A stretch of DNA of 64,000 nucleotides from Octopus sinensis (Eukaryota), in assembly GCF_006345805.1 (NCBI RefSeq), contig NC_043009.1, forward strand, positions 49,910,001 through 49,974,000. The letters run 5' to 3'. The position numbers were made by a program, and so were the translations under genes. This document shows, piece by piece, positions 11,584 to 25,314 of this stretch (within the stretch, counting starts at the first letter, position 1; every line of letters begins with the position of its first letter). The notes beneath the pieces were generated by a model. The model ran no database searches, had not been told where the DNA came from, and saw only the letters and a program-made list of their open reading frames with translations.

Positions 11584-11618
<35 letters not shown>
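11420..11618 (+). mobile_element. SINE family C, 5'-truncated
   Basis: Family C body and long (GAT)n tail. Confidence 0.88.
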
Positions 11619-11627
11619 ATATATATA

Positions 11628-11810
11628 TCACTAGCCACTACACATTCTTCATTTTCTCGCCTTATTTTCTTTCTGTGTTCCTTTCTGTGGAAGAGCACAG
11701 GCTTGAAACGTTAAAGACTTTTTCACTTCCAGCGTGTTATACTAATACATCTGTTTATTGCCTACACCACCGGTCTTTGTCATTTGTTATTTTTGTGAAT
11801 TCTCTCCCTA
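11628..11810 (+). mobile_element. possible Penelope-like terminal repeat remnant inserted in (TA)n
   Basis: Flanked by TA runs and contains ctgtggaagagcacaggcttgaaacgtta, resembling the gaaga...gaaacg signature of such repeats. Single copy in the window. Confidence 0.4.
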
Positions 11811-12459
11811 TATATATATATTCATACGCATATATATATATTTATATATATATACTTAAACATACATACATATATACATATATATATATACATGCATACA
11901 TTCATGCACACAGGCACTCACACACACACACATACACAAATATATACATAAATTAACACATGAATCCTAAAATAAAGGATAAAGGGCATTTAATATATTT
12001 CATTTGCATGATTTTAAACGGCTATATATCATCAGTTTGTTGGTTTTTGTATTTGGTATTTGTTTTGAGCCATAATTTAATGCAGATATATGTGGCTGTC
12101 ATGAAAATAATTTACAATTTTATCCAATAAACTTTGTAAAAAAGCAAAAAAAAACAACAAAAAAATCTAACAATTCAACAAAGTTTCCCTTATATGGTAT
12201 GTGGTTTTGTGGGATTATATTTGATGATATTAGATATATACATATACTAGGCTTTATGCATATTCTTTTAAGTAGATGTTGAACACTTAACTATTTTCAC
12301 TCAGAGAACAATAAAAAGTATGCACACACAATATATGAAGTGTGTTCAAAAATTCATCCCCAGCAGAAGTAACTCCACATGGAAATTGCTCAGGACATGT
12401 TAGAATGTGAAAAAATGACCCAGGAGATAAAAAAAAATTATCAAATTTACCCCAAACAT

Positions 12460-12527
12460 CATATATATATGTACATATATATATATGTATATATATATAT
12501 AATGTGTATATATATATATATAATGTG

Positions 12528-12606
<79 letters not shown>
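12460..12606. repeat. (TA)n microsatellite
   Basis: Direct reading. Confidence 0.95.
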
Positions 12607-12608
<2 letters not shown>

Positions 12609-12609
<1 letters not shown>

Positions 12610-12973
12610 GTGCAGGAGTGGCTGTGTGGTAAGTAGCTTGTTTACCAACCACATAGTTCCGGGTTCAGTCCCACTGCATGGCACCTTGGGCAAGTGTCTT
12701 CTACTATAGCCTCGGGCCGACCAAAGCCTTGTGAGTAGACGGAAACTGAAAGAAACCCGTCGTATATATATATATATATGTATGTGTGCGTATATGTTTG
12801 TGTGTCTGTTTGTCCCATCCAACATCGCTTGACAACCGATGCTGGTGTGTTTATGTCCCCGTTACTTAGCGGTTCGGCAAAAGAGACTGATAGAATAAGT
12901 ACTGGGCTTACAAAGAATAAATCCCAGGGTTGATTTGCTTGACTAAAGGCTGTGCTCCAGCATGGCCGCAGTC
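12609..12973 (+). mobile_element. SINE family B (tRNA-derived head, CORE-like segment), 3'-truncated
   Basis: A box tggctgtgtgg, B box ggttcagtccc, then gcaccttgggcaagtgtctt resembling the CORE motif, and an internal (TA/TG)n. Confidence 0.92.
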
Positions 12974-12974
12974 C

Positions 12975-13205
12975 TGCTAGGGGAACAAACACAGACGCAC
13001 AAACATATACACACATACACATACATATATATATATATATACATATATACAACAGGCTTCTTTAAGTTTCCGTCTACCAAATCCACTCACAAGGCATTGG
13101 TCAGCCCGAGGCTATAGCAGAAGACACTTGCCCAAGATGCCATGCAGTGGGACTGAACCCGGAACCATGTGGTTGGTAGACAAGCTACTTACCACACAGC
13201 CACTC
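12975..13205 (-). mobile_element. SINE family B, 5' half, inverted against the preceding copy
   Basis: Reverse complement of 12616-12820. Shares diagnostic variants (aaggcattgg, tagcagaag, caagatgcc) with 16608-17012. Confidence 0.92.
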
Positions 13206-13428
13206 GTACATTAATTTTTTAACTTGCACATAGAACAGAACAGAAAAAATACATCAATACTCCTAAACAAGAATTAACTATTATCAAGTTAACACAAATA
13301 CTTTTCTAAGTAATTGCATTTTATACTAGAAAGTTGAGAGAGTTAAGGAGAAGCTTTGCAAATCTTGTATGTACACAATACATCAAAAATAATCATGAAA
13401 TAAGAAAATTTGTTAAATAGGAATAGGT

Positions 13429-13873
13429 TTAACCCTTTTGCTACTGTATTTATTTTGAGATGCTCTGTGTTTCTTTAAATTACTTTAAATATAACAAAGA
13501 ATTTAGTAAAATAACTTAGTTATCATTAAGCTAGTGTTAGGAACATAAATTGTGACTAAGGTTTGGTGGAAGATTTTAATTCAAAACTTATGAACATATA
13601 TCTTTGGCTTTTGAGTCTGGCAAGCTGTAGATGCAAAACCACTGGTCATTCTATGACCAGGCATAGACTCAACTACATATAAATACATTATTGCTCTATG
13701 ATTTAGTGTTCTTTTTTGGATATATGATATATATATATATATATATATATGGGCACAGGAGTGGCTGTGTGGTAAGTAGCTTGCTTACCAACCACATGGT
13801 TCCAGGTTCAATCCCACTGCATGGCATCTTGAGCCAGAGCCGGTTTCAGCCGGGTTGGTAACGAAAGGGTTAA
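13429..13873 (+). mobile_element. piggyBac-type MITE (family D) carrying a ~235-bp internal insertion
   Basis: Left part 13429-13595 and right part 13831-13873 match 8615-8843. Both TTAA ends are intact. Confidence 0.85.
13752..13830 (+). mobile_element. SINE family B head only
   Basis: ggcacaggagtggctgtgtggtaagtagc...catggcatctt, breaking off into the MITE right arm. Confidence 0.88.
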
Positions 13874-14104
13874 AGCTGGAGGAAGTGTCAAAACATCTGA
13901 CCAAAATTCTTACCCAATTCTGTATTCTATTCCCACCTCATCTATATATCGTCCAGACATGCTGGTCAAACCCATTGTGTCTCCAAAATACTGTCTAACA
14001 GATCAATGAACAAGCCAGAACAACTGATAAATTGACGCTTATTCTGTCCACAAATTATTGTCTGATAAATCAATGAACTATGCAGAAGTACAGCCTAAGC
14101 AACC

Positions 14105-14489
14105 ACTGATGACAACGACGATGATGATGGTGTGATAGTGGTGGTGGTGGTGGTGGTTGTGAAAATGGTGATGGCAGAGAGGGGTATGACAATGATGATG
14201 GTATCAGTGATGATGCTGATGATAATAATGGTGGTAATGATTGATGATGATGAAAGTTGTGATAATAATGGTGTCACTGCTGCAGAGGACGATGATGATG
14301 ATGGTGGTGGTGATGTTGAAGGTTCTAGTGATAACAACAACAATTCTCAAAGTACAATCCAGCACAGTGGTCAGTTAGCATGGAGTTTCTATTATGAACA
14401 CAGTCCCTGGTGGAACTGTCTCCTCATCACGTACACACATACACACACACATACACACATACACACACACATACACACACATACACACA

Positions 14490-14530
<41 letters not shown>
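14105..14530. repeat. (GAT/GGT)n low-complexity tract and (CA)n microsatellite
   Basis: Direct reading. Confidence 0.9.
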
Positions 14531-14536
<6 letters not shown>

Positions 14537-15038
14537 TTGTGGACACTGCATATCGATGAAACAATCTGAATTTTTCTGATGAGAAAATATTTTTCCTTTT
14601 TCTCTGACAATCAACCATGATGAATGTAGCTTGAGATTATAGATATGTGTAATTTCTTACGGAAGAGACACACAACAAATCATGCAGTGCTCCAACATGG
14701 CCACAGGCCAAAATCCCGTTCAAGGATACAAGAAATGGCTATAGAAGGGGGCAGAGAATGGATTCAAATAAGATGCCGCCGATGTGTGTATATGTGGGGA
14801 TGGGGAGGAGGCATAGCTGAATGGATATCCCATAGGAACAGTATCCCCTCTTACATCCACATAGCTTGCGCTAAGGAATGGAATAGGGTGCAGGTTAGAG
14901 TTCTGTGCCTCCTCTCAGTAGTACAGCATTCCGTTATCCCCAAACTGACATAAGCAGCTAGCTACTAATTTACAAGAAATGGATGATTTATTGCTGTTGG
15001 TGTTGTTGCAGTTTTACTCCTGTGGTCATTATTATTGC

Positions 15039-15310
15039 AAGGATGATGGATTGACAGAATCGTTAGAGCACCAGAAAACAATGTCCTGTGGTATTCCTTG
15101 TGGCTCTTTGTGTTCTGAGTTCAACTCCCATTGAGAACAACTTTGTCTTTCATTTATTCAGGGTTGATAAAATAAGTACCAACTACACACTGGGATTGAT
15201 ATAACTGACTAGCCTCCCCACCCCCACTCCACTTTAAAATTTTAAGCCCTGATCCTATTGTTGAAAGGATCATTATTATTATTATTATCATTATTATTAT
15301 TATTATTATT
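15039..15310 (+). mobile_element. SINE family A, old copy with (ATT)n tail
   Basis: gacagaatcgttag, gttctgagttcaa, ctttcatttattcagggttgataaaataagtacc. Confidence 0.75.
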
Positions 15311-16607
15311 CGTGTCTGATGTAGAATGATGTGCAACTGGTTACTCTGTGGGATTGTAATTTTAACAAGCACAATGAAAAGAGAAAGCATTTGTCGTTTT
15401 AAATATTTCTTTTGGAGATCTTCTCTGAAACATCAGAATAATTCTCGTATTTGGAAAGATACAAAAGCTTGGTTAGTTTCAGACTTTTTCAACATAAATT
15501 TTTGTGTTTATGTTCAACCTAAGAAGAGCAATTACTCATCTAAGAGAGAGACAACATCTACACCAAAATTTTTAAAAAAAGAAGGAAAATTTGAATAAAA
15601 CACAGGAAGTAAATAAATTTTTTTTAAAAAAAGCCAATTTAATCACAGGCCAAAATGCAAATATTTTACAAGAAGTGAAAATAAAAAAAAGAATTTTAGG
15701 GGAAAAACACAAAGACATTCAGTGCTATTTGGCAAACAACAACAGTGGTAATGCAGGCAAATGCTTTCTTTGCCCACCAGTAATAACATGCACCCATGAA
15801 CTTATGTGTTTTGTCAAGTGAAGGAATGAACATAGAATTTGAATTGAGGAACAGAGTGCTCCTTGCCTTCTTCCTTTTAATAGCACTATCTCAAACAGAC
15901 AGACCCTAAATATGAGTTATGTGGCAGAGAAAAAGCTTGTCTCATAAAATAACTTGACATTTTGTGCTTAAAACAAACTTAACAAGAAACTTCATACATA
16001 AATTTATGATGTAAGGTTTTGATTTAAAAGTGAATATTTTAAAAAGTGATGTTTCATATCTTCAATTCCAGATGTTGTCAAGTAGGTTTTCAACCAATAA
16101 ACCAACAGCCTAAGACTGAATTATTAAAAAACAGTGGATAGTAGCCCAGAATTAATAAAAGTTGTCTTGTTTCTCTCCTTATATACAAATGAAGAGTGGC
16201 ACTTGTAAGAAATCTGTCTTGCTGTATTTTTTCTTTATAATATTGTTATAACGAATTTATCTTAACAATTACATTATAACTAATTGATGGAAAACACTAT
16301 AATGTTTCACGACCAAATTGTCATTTCCCTTTGTCACCAAGTGTGTAAATGTACAAATACTAGTTGACAATCTTAGCATGTTTTTTTATGGTCATTCAGA
16401 GCAAGAAGAACATTGGCCATCCATGACTTTTCCTTTAGGTTCTCCAAGACTGAAGAGAGGAAGTAACCCTTACAGACCAGAGACCTGAACTGAATGCTTG
16501 CATTGATGTAGAATCTGATGAAAGCACCCAAGGATCAGGTGGTGATATCAAACTAGGCAACAGATTAATTCAATAGCTAACTATGAGAAATATGCACACA
16601 TATAACA

Positions 16608-17012
16608 TACTCTTTTACTCTTTTACTTGTTTCAGTCATTTGACTGTGGCCATGCTGGAGCACCGCCTTTAGTCGAGAAAATCGACCCCGGGACTTATTC
16701 TTTGTAAGCCCAGTACTTATTCTATCGGTCTATTTTGCCAAACCGCTAAGTGACAGGGACGTAAACACACCAGCATCAGTTGTCAAGCAATGCTAGGGGG
16801 ACAAACACAGACACACAAACACACACATATATATATATATACATATATACAACAGGCTTCTTTCAGTTTCCATCTACCAAATCCACTCACAAGGCATTGG
16901 TTGGCCCGGGGCTATAGCAGAAGACACTTGCCCAAGATGCCATGCAGTGGGACTGAACCCGGAACCATGTGGCTGGTAAGCAAGCTACTTACCACACAGC
17001 CACTCCTGTGCC
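16608..17012 (-). mobile_element. SINE family B, full length
   Basis: Complete from head (rc of cagccactcctgtgcc) to (GTAAAAGA)n tail. Confidence 0.93.
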
Positions 17013-17167
17013 TATGTTCATGTATTTTATATCTATATGCACACATAATACGTACACATATACTTACGCAAACATTAATTACATTTATTAACATATTTAT
17101 AAATGCATACCCACAAAGACTCATACATGCACCTATGTCTGTTGTGTATGTGTATGTGCTTATATCA

Positions 17168-17221
<54 letters not shown>

Positions 17222-17590
17222 ATGACATTTATATGCACACAAAGGAGCACATAGATATGCTTGGATCCCAACATATATACATACACATAGTGTAAGTAGT
17301 AAGTTGCCATCAGACCAAGTCTACATAGTTTCAGCATGAACTATAGTCGTTGAAAAATTCAATATTTCTTTTTCCAATTGTGTTTATTACAGAAACAAAT
17401 TTATTGATTTTTTTAAAAAACCCTTATACAATTTATGACCCACCCTGTACATATATAAACTAGATATAATACATCAAACACACACATACCATGAAAACAC
17501 ACAGACAAATACTGGTACATGTCATGAACACACATTGGGATTAGGCTGTTAAAATCAAAGGAAGGTTATTTACTATAAAAAGCCACAAAA

Positions 17591-17948
17591 TCTATTTTGA
17601 GTGTTTACATTGCTAACTTAGCAGGTGGAACAAATGTTGATGGCTCATATGAAATCCTTGCTACTTCTAACACACAAAATTCGCTGGACCAGTCCATCTA
17701 GCTGTAGTTTTAATATCTAAGGGGTGCCCTCAACTCTGAGTATTCTTTTAATCTTTTACTCGTTTCAGTCTATTTTGAGTGTTTACATTGCTAACTTAGC
17801 AGGTGGAACAAATGTTGATGGCTCATATGAAATCCTTGCTACTTCTAACACACAAAATTCGCTGGACCAGTCCATCTAGCTGTAGTTTTAATATCTAAAG
17901 GGTGTCCTCACTTCTGAGTATTCTTTTAATCTTTTACTCGTTTCAGTC
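17591..17948. repeat. tandem duplication, 178 bp x2
   Basis: tctattttgagtgtttac starts at 17591 and 17769. Four substitutions between copies. Confidence 0.93.
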
Positions 17949-19109
17949 AATAGACTGCAATCATACTAGAGCACTACCTTCAGGGGGTTTCATCAATTAC
18001 ATTGATCATGTACTTAATCTTCTGAACTTAGAAGGACGAATAAGAAAATTAGACCTTGGTAGAATTTGAACACATGACATAGGGAACTAATGTGATTGAT
18101 GCTGTACAGGTTCTGTCATCCATTCACATGATTATCTCGCATTTTCCTGCTCTAATGTTCATAGGAAGCAACTATTATAGCATAAGTGGGAAGTCCTCAG
18201 TTGAGTTTCAGTTCCTGGTCATTGCTATTTTGCTTATACTGTCAATGCCTTTGGGTAAGGGTATTAATGTACCAAAACCTATTTGTTCATAAAACTAGTC
18301 AACCACCGATAGAAAACTTAATTATTCAGTTCATTGACATACAGAACACATAAATACCCATACACACACATGGAATCACACACATATACACACAAACAAA
18401 ACTCTCCTTCAACCACAAATATTCCAGCTAATGTTAGTATACAACATCTCAGTAAATATTTGAAAAGCTTCTCTACTTCGTGGTGTCTTTATCTATATTA
18501 AAAGAGAATGTGTACACACACACATGTGTGTGCACACAGACACATACACAGACACACACACACATGCACACATAAATACATACACTCATACATGTAAGTA
18601 ACTTAGTAAACTGGATGTGCAGATCAGTTTACAGAGGTTTCAAGCTGAACATCAACCATATCAATGTCACATGTCTCAAAGGGCCTGCAAAGGTTGAGGG
18701 CACTGCCCCTTAATATTGAATAAACCATCAAATAAAATAGAAATGAAATAAAATAAACTTTAAAATAGCCATGTCTGTTTCATTCTTGTATATAAGAATA
18801 CTGGTTTGTTCATCATTTTGAATCTTTGTAATTTTTTCTTTCCGTGTGTGTGTGTGTGAGCATGTTAATGTATGTGGTACATAAATGAATTTATGAATGA
18901 ACTTATATCTACTGTAAGAGTGTAAACTATTTTTGCTTCTACATGTATGTGTGAGAAAGAGAGTGGGAGAGAGACAGAAAGAGAGAGAGAGAGCGAGAAT
19001 GTTATCTGTGGTGTTTATAATAGAAATGTGTACATATACATGTGTAGCTCATGATTTGCTAATTTATAAATAAACTTGTTCTTTTAAGTGTTTTACAAAG
19101 ATGCATAGA

Positions 19110-19280
19110 TGCATTTATACATGTATATGTATATACATATACACACATATATATGTATATATATATATATACATATATGTGTGTATATGTATATATATAT
19201 ATGTATACATATATGTGTGTATATGTATATATGTGTGTGTATATGTATATATATATATATATTTATGATATATATAAAGT
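19110..19280. repeat. (TA/TG/CA)n compound microsatellite
   Basis: Direct reading. Confidence 0.9.
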
Positions 19281-20679
19281 CACACACATATTTGCATATT
19301 AGCATGTGTAAATGATTTCTGTATAGAGTTTACATTGTTCATGCATCTATAAGTAACAGCATGCACGTGAACTTTGTGTGTGTGTGTGTGTGTGCATTCG
19401 CATGATCATATGTATGTGTACTTATATGCCACTAGTGACACACATTTTGCCTGCATATTTTGGTCTATGGAAAAAGTTTACTACACAACAACACAACTCC
19501 AATGGTGGTCCGTTTTACCAAATGCAAAATGCTATCTTTCTTTGGCCTCACTGAAACATAGATGATAACATTAACAGGCTGATGATGATAGCAGCAACCA
19601 TCTGGCTTGCTGTTAACTTTCAACAACCACTGTTATATTACCATATGTTTCACTGTAGTAGCTAACATTTTTGTTAAACCCTCCCAGTTTGAAAGGCTCT
19701 ATAGTTATATGGTTTCACTCTTAAAGAATGGCAGATAAACAGACACACAGATGCCATTGACAAAATTGATATATCATCATAGTCGTGTGTGTATCCACTT
19801 TTCCATGCTAGCACGGATTGGATGGGACATTTTGTAGTAGTGTTTTATGGCCAGGCACCCTACTTGATGCCAAGCCTTTTAGTTACTTCTGTCAGCACAT
19901 AGGTATGGTGTTTCTATTCTAAACAGTAGGATAAGCACACACACACAAGATCTTTCCTCTAAAAAAATGGAATCCAAACAAGATTTATATTTTTGCACAT
20001 GTTCTAGATTTAAACTTCAGTATTTGAATGAAAGAGAAGAAAGAGAGAAAGAAAAAAAGAATAATAAGAGAAATTTGTGATACAGGAAGAAAATCTAACA
20101 ACGGTTAATGAGAGTCAGAAATAAGTCAAGGAGAGAGAAAACAATATAGAAACAGGGCCTCAAATTTTGGGGACAGGGTATCTAGTTGAGCAAATCAAAC
20201 CAGTATTTCAAAGGCCAATGTAACCATGGTGTGATATGAACTTAGTGGTATAACTATATGACTATATATCTCTATGCCAGTCCTTGTTCCATCAGCTCAG
20301 CAAATTACTATGTAAATGGTGATATGATAAAAATATAAAAAAGGAAAAAGAAATAAAACAAGAAATGAAATTTGAAAATAATAATAAAGAAAAGAAGAAG
20401 GAATAAAAGGTAGTAAGACAAAATGAAAGAACGCAAAAAGAGACAGAAATAAGCTAGGTGTATATGAAAGTGAAAATTGCTTACTAAAGCCTAATCAGTT
20501 TATGTCATATATTTTCATGGTTCTAAGCTAATTCGTCCTGATAATGGCAGTGTGATATCAACGATGTATTGATCTCTCCTGCCATTATATAAACTCCAGT
20601 TAAATAAACGAGAATATATTAATATAATATTGTGTACAAATATTAAATAATATAAATGGTTGTGTGTTTATAACGTATA

Positions 20680-20842
20680 TTACATATATGCACATATATG
20701 TATATATGTATGTATGTTGGTTAGTATGCATATGTGTGTGTATATATATATGTGTGTGTGTGTATATATATAGATATATATACACATATATATATACATA
20801 CATACATACATACATACATAAATAAATACATACATGCATACA

Positions 20843-20874
<32 letters not shown>

Positions 20875-20975
20875 AACATAAATACATACATGCATACATA
20901 CATATATACATACAAACATACATACATACATACAAACATTCATACATACATACACATCTATATACATATGTGTGT
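20680..20975. repeat. (TACA)n/(TA)n microsatellite
   Basis: Direct reading. Confidence 0.9.
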
Positions 20976-21084
20976 AGTTTCAATGTCAAATTCAATTTTA
21001 TCTCAAACAATAAAATGGTACAAGGTATCATTTCTGTCAATTAATATTGGAACCAGAATGTTGTATGAGCCTTTGTTGTTGTTA

Positions 21085-21865
21085 TAACTGTTACTACCAC
21101 CATAAATATCACCATTACAACTGCAACCACCACTGTTAGCACTACTAAAACTACGACCCCCCTTTACCACCATAAATGCCAACCATAATTGCTATCACCA
21201 TCATAAATGCTACCTCAACTATATAACTGGTACCACCACTATGAATACCATGCCTATACAACAGGTACCACTACTATAAATACTACTATTATAACTGTTT
21301 TGCTACTACTACTATTACCATCACTACAACTGTTACCACTTCTGTAAATGTTACCACCTTAATTAACTATCACCACAAACATCATCATCATCATCGTTTA
21401 ACGTCTGTTTTCTGTGCTAGCACGGGTTGGACGGTTCGACCGGGGTCTGGGAAGTCAGGAGGCTGCACCAGGCTCCAGTCTGATCTGGCAGCGTTTCTAC
21501 AGCTAGATGCCCTTCCTAACACCAACCACTCCGTGAGTGTAGTGGGTGCTTTTTACGTGCCACCGGCACAGGTGCCAGGGGAGTCTGGCAGCGGTCACGA
21601 TCAGTTGGTGCTTTTAACGTGCCACCGGCACGGAAGCCAGTCAAGGCGGCACTAGCATCAGCCACATTCGAATGGTGCTTTTTACGTGAACATCATTAAA
21701 ATAATTCCTATCCTCACTGTAACTGTTACCATCATCATAATACCATGACTATATAACTAGTACCACCACCATGAATACTCACACTGCAACAGGTATTGCC
21801 ACTATAATTGCTACTGTTATAACTGGTACCCCACCATAAATACTGTCACTATTACAGCTACCTTC
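21085..21865. repeat. degenerate ACT/ACC-rich minisatellite interrupted by SINE C
   Basis: Recurring ataactg(t/g)taccaccactat(a/g)aat on both sides of the SINE. Confidence 0.6.
21380..21688 (-). mobile_element. SINE family C with probable 8-bp TSD aacatcat
   Basis: (CAT)n then the reverse-complement body. aacatcat occurs at 21378-21385 and 21689-21696. Confidence 0.9.
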
Positions 21866-22041
21866 ACCTACAAATGGTAGATACTACACCATTGGCTTTT
21901 ACTAAAAATATTCAGTTGTTAGACCAGTTGTACTCCTGATTTTGAAATCAACATATAAGTGGCTGAGTATTCCACGGACATGCATCCTTCAGATAATTTA
22001 GAGGTTGAATCAGCAGGACACTTTTTGACAAGGCTGGATTT

Positions 22042-22091
<50 letters not shown>

Positions 22092-23257
22092 AAAATTGGC
22101 CAGGCAGGATTTGGATTCAAGGTGCAAAGAACTTAAATGAATATTACAAGTTATTTCAAGGTATTTCTGTTCCCAACTCTAATTTCTCCACCATAAATTC
22201 ATACCTCATCACTGCATTAGTTATGAGGTAATGTCCAAGAGTCTGTGTAGGAGGACCTGGTGAGGTCAATGCTGTGTTTCATCACTGCTTGAAAGAAGTA
22301 CAAAGGAACAACTCCAGAGTATATTCTTTAAGAATGTTGTGGGAAGTTTTGCTGCATATCAAAACACATGAGGCTAGATTAATTAATATACTAATTGATG
22401 GAAAGATTTTTACAACAGAAATCATATTTGGTGCTAAATATTTAACCTTTTAACAGTGAAACTTGATATGTCTAAACTCCACAACAGTCATCAATATTTA
22501 TTTGTTTAATTAGACCATCTTTTTAGCTTGTTGACATAATATCTTTAATGGCTGCAATAATTGAAATAATGGTGTAGTAGTGGTGGGGTAGTGGGTGGTG
22601 GTGGTAGGGTAGCGGTGGTTTTGGAGTAAACAGGGAGATGGTGTTCTACTTTTCAGTTCACAGGAAAGAGTTTTATAACATCTGACCCCGCCACCATCCT
22701 TTGCAGTGACAACTTCACTGACCTAACCATACCCCTGGATCCTAAAACCCATTTTCATAGCAGGTATACAAGGATCTTTCTGATGATAATAACAACAACA
22801 ACAACAGCAGGAGCAATAAACAGCAAATCACATCATTACATCAGTATTTCTAAACAGCAGTTAAAATGTTTATTGCAGGGAGAGTAAAAAAAATGTGAAA
22901 GAAATAGAATTGTATTAATTGTAGAAAATAGTAAAATATAAATTGCAGGTAACAACTGGATATCTGTAAAGCCCAGATTTATAAGTAAAGAATGAAGAGA
23001 TTCATACAGCATCTTCACCATTAAGCCATCATTATTGATAGCCCACACTACTCCACATACCACACAGTACTTTAAAGATAGTTATCGAGTTTTGTGAAAA
23101 TTTTGAGCCATTCCACCCAACGTCAGATCATGTCTTCATTTACTTTGCTTTCTTGCGACAATAAATTTGTATCTAGCAGAAACCAATACGTACGTAAGCA
23201 ATCACACATCCACAAACACATACACATGTATATATGCACTTACACACACACACACAT

Positions 23258-23305
<48 letters not shown>

Positions 23306-23440
23306 TAAGTTTTTCCAACTCTTTATCTGTTTAACAGCCAATAAATAATATTGAAAACAACAGTTAATAAAATCTAATAAAAGAAGTCTATTTACACAAG
23401 ATTTTATATGAAAACAAAAACCCAAGCGCAAAAGGAAAAA

Positions 23441-23686
23441 ATAATTATGTGTGTGTGTGCATGTGTAGATATGTATATGTGTATATATGTGTGTGTATAA
23501 ATATATATATGTATATATACACACACATAAACATATAATATGTATACACATACACATATATATACGAATGACAGATACATATACAAATAATTATGTGTGT
23601 GTGCATGTGTAGATATGTATATGTGTATGTCAGTGTAGGTATCTATGTGTATATATATATATATTATATATGTGTATATGTGTGTG

Positions 23687-23724
<38 letters not shown>

Positions 23725-23885
23725 AACATATGATATGTATACACATACACATATATATATATATGAATGACAGGTACATATACAAATAATTATGTGTGTG
23801 TGCATGTGTAGATATGTATATGTGTATGTCAGTGTAGGTATCTATGTGTATATATATATATATTATATATGTGTATATGTGTGTG

Positions 23886-23923
<38 letters not shown>

Positions 23924-24165
23924 AACATATGATATGTATACACATACACATATATATATATATGAATGACAGGTACATATACAAATAATTATGTGTGTGT
24001 GCATGTGTAGATATGTATATGTGTATGTCAGTGTAGGTGTCTATGTGTATATATATATATTATATATGTGTATATATGTGTGTGTATAAATATATATATG
24101 TATATATATATACACGCACAAACATATATGTATACACATACACACATATATATATATATGAATGA
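23441..24165. repeat. higher-order tandem repeat of a microsatellite-rich 199-bp unit (~3.5 copies)
   Basis: ataattatgtgtgtgtgcatgtgtagat recurs near 23441, 23587, 23786 and 23985. The ORF track shows identical peptides 199 bp apart. Confidence 0.9.
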
Positions 24166-24284
24166 AGATACATATGTGTGTATGCATGTGTGAATGTATA
24201 TATATGTGTTTATGCATATGTGCATGATATATTTGTATATACATATGTACATATATATTTGTGTGTGTATAAATATATATATAT

Positions 24285-24321
<37 letters not shown>

Positions 24322-24490
24322 GTAAATATCTGTGTGTGTTGTGTGTGTATATATATATATATTATATATATATATATAAATACACACACACATATAGATG
24401 CATGAGTGTGTGTGTGCATATAAAACATATACACAAATATTAGATATTTCAATATCACTTTCTTCCATTAATTCTTTAGTGATTCCACCA

Positions 24491-24547
<57 letters not shown>

Positions 24548-24744
24548 TCTTCAAGATCAGTATTATCGATATTGTTGCTGTTGTTGTTGCTGCTGCTATT
24601 ATTATTATCGCTTTATCCTCCTAATTTTTCTTTTCTTGGCTCTAAAACTAAAACAAACAGAATAAATGTAAAAAGAAATACAAGCGAAAGGTAGCAAATG
24701 TAGTAACTGATTGATAGTGTGTTTGTGTGTATTTGTGTGTGTGT

Positions 24745-24791
<47 letters not shown>

Positions 24792-24981
24792 TGTGTGTGT
24801 GTTGTGGTATGTACTGAAGTAACAGCTCTTTAGAGTAGCCACATTGTTGTGCAATAATAAAAAACAACTTTTCAAAAGGAACCTGAGTTGTATACACACA
24901 CACGTGTGTTTGTGTGTGTGTATATATATATATTTATATGTGTGTGTGTAGATATCTATACATATCTATCTTTATATACTT

Positions 24982-25017
<36 letters not shown>

Positions 25018-25061
25018 GTGTGTATGTATATCTATATCTATATATATATGTATACATATGC

Positions 25062-25097
<36 letters not shown>

Positions 25098-25123
25098 CGA
25101 TAGATAGATAGATAGATAGATAT

Positions 25124-25162
<39 letters not shown>

Positions 25163-25179
25163 GATAGATAGATGGGAGG

Positions 25180-25231
<52 letters not shown>

Positions 25232-25244
25232 TAGAGAGAGAGAG

Positions 25245-25313
<69 letters not shown>
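25062..25313. repeat. (GATA)n/(GA)n microsatellite
   Basis: Direct reading. Confidence 0.95.

Positions 25314-25314
<1 letters not shown>

Noticed and set aside
12609-12690. tRNA gene
   Set aside because: The A and B boxes belong to SINE B heads. There is no cloverleaf end, and the sequence continues into the SINE body in every copy.
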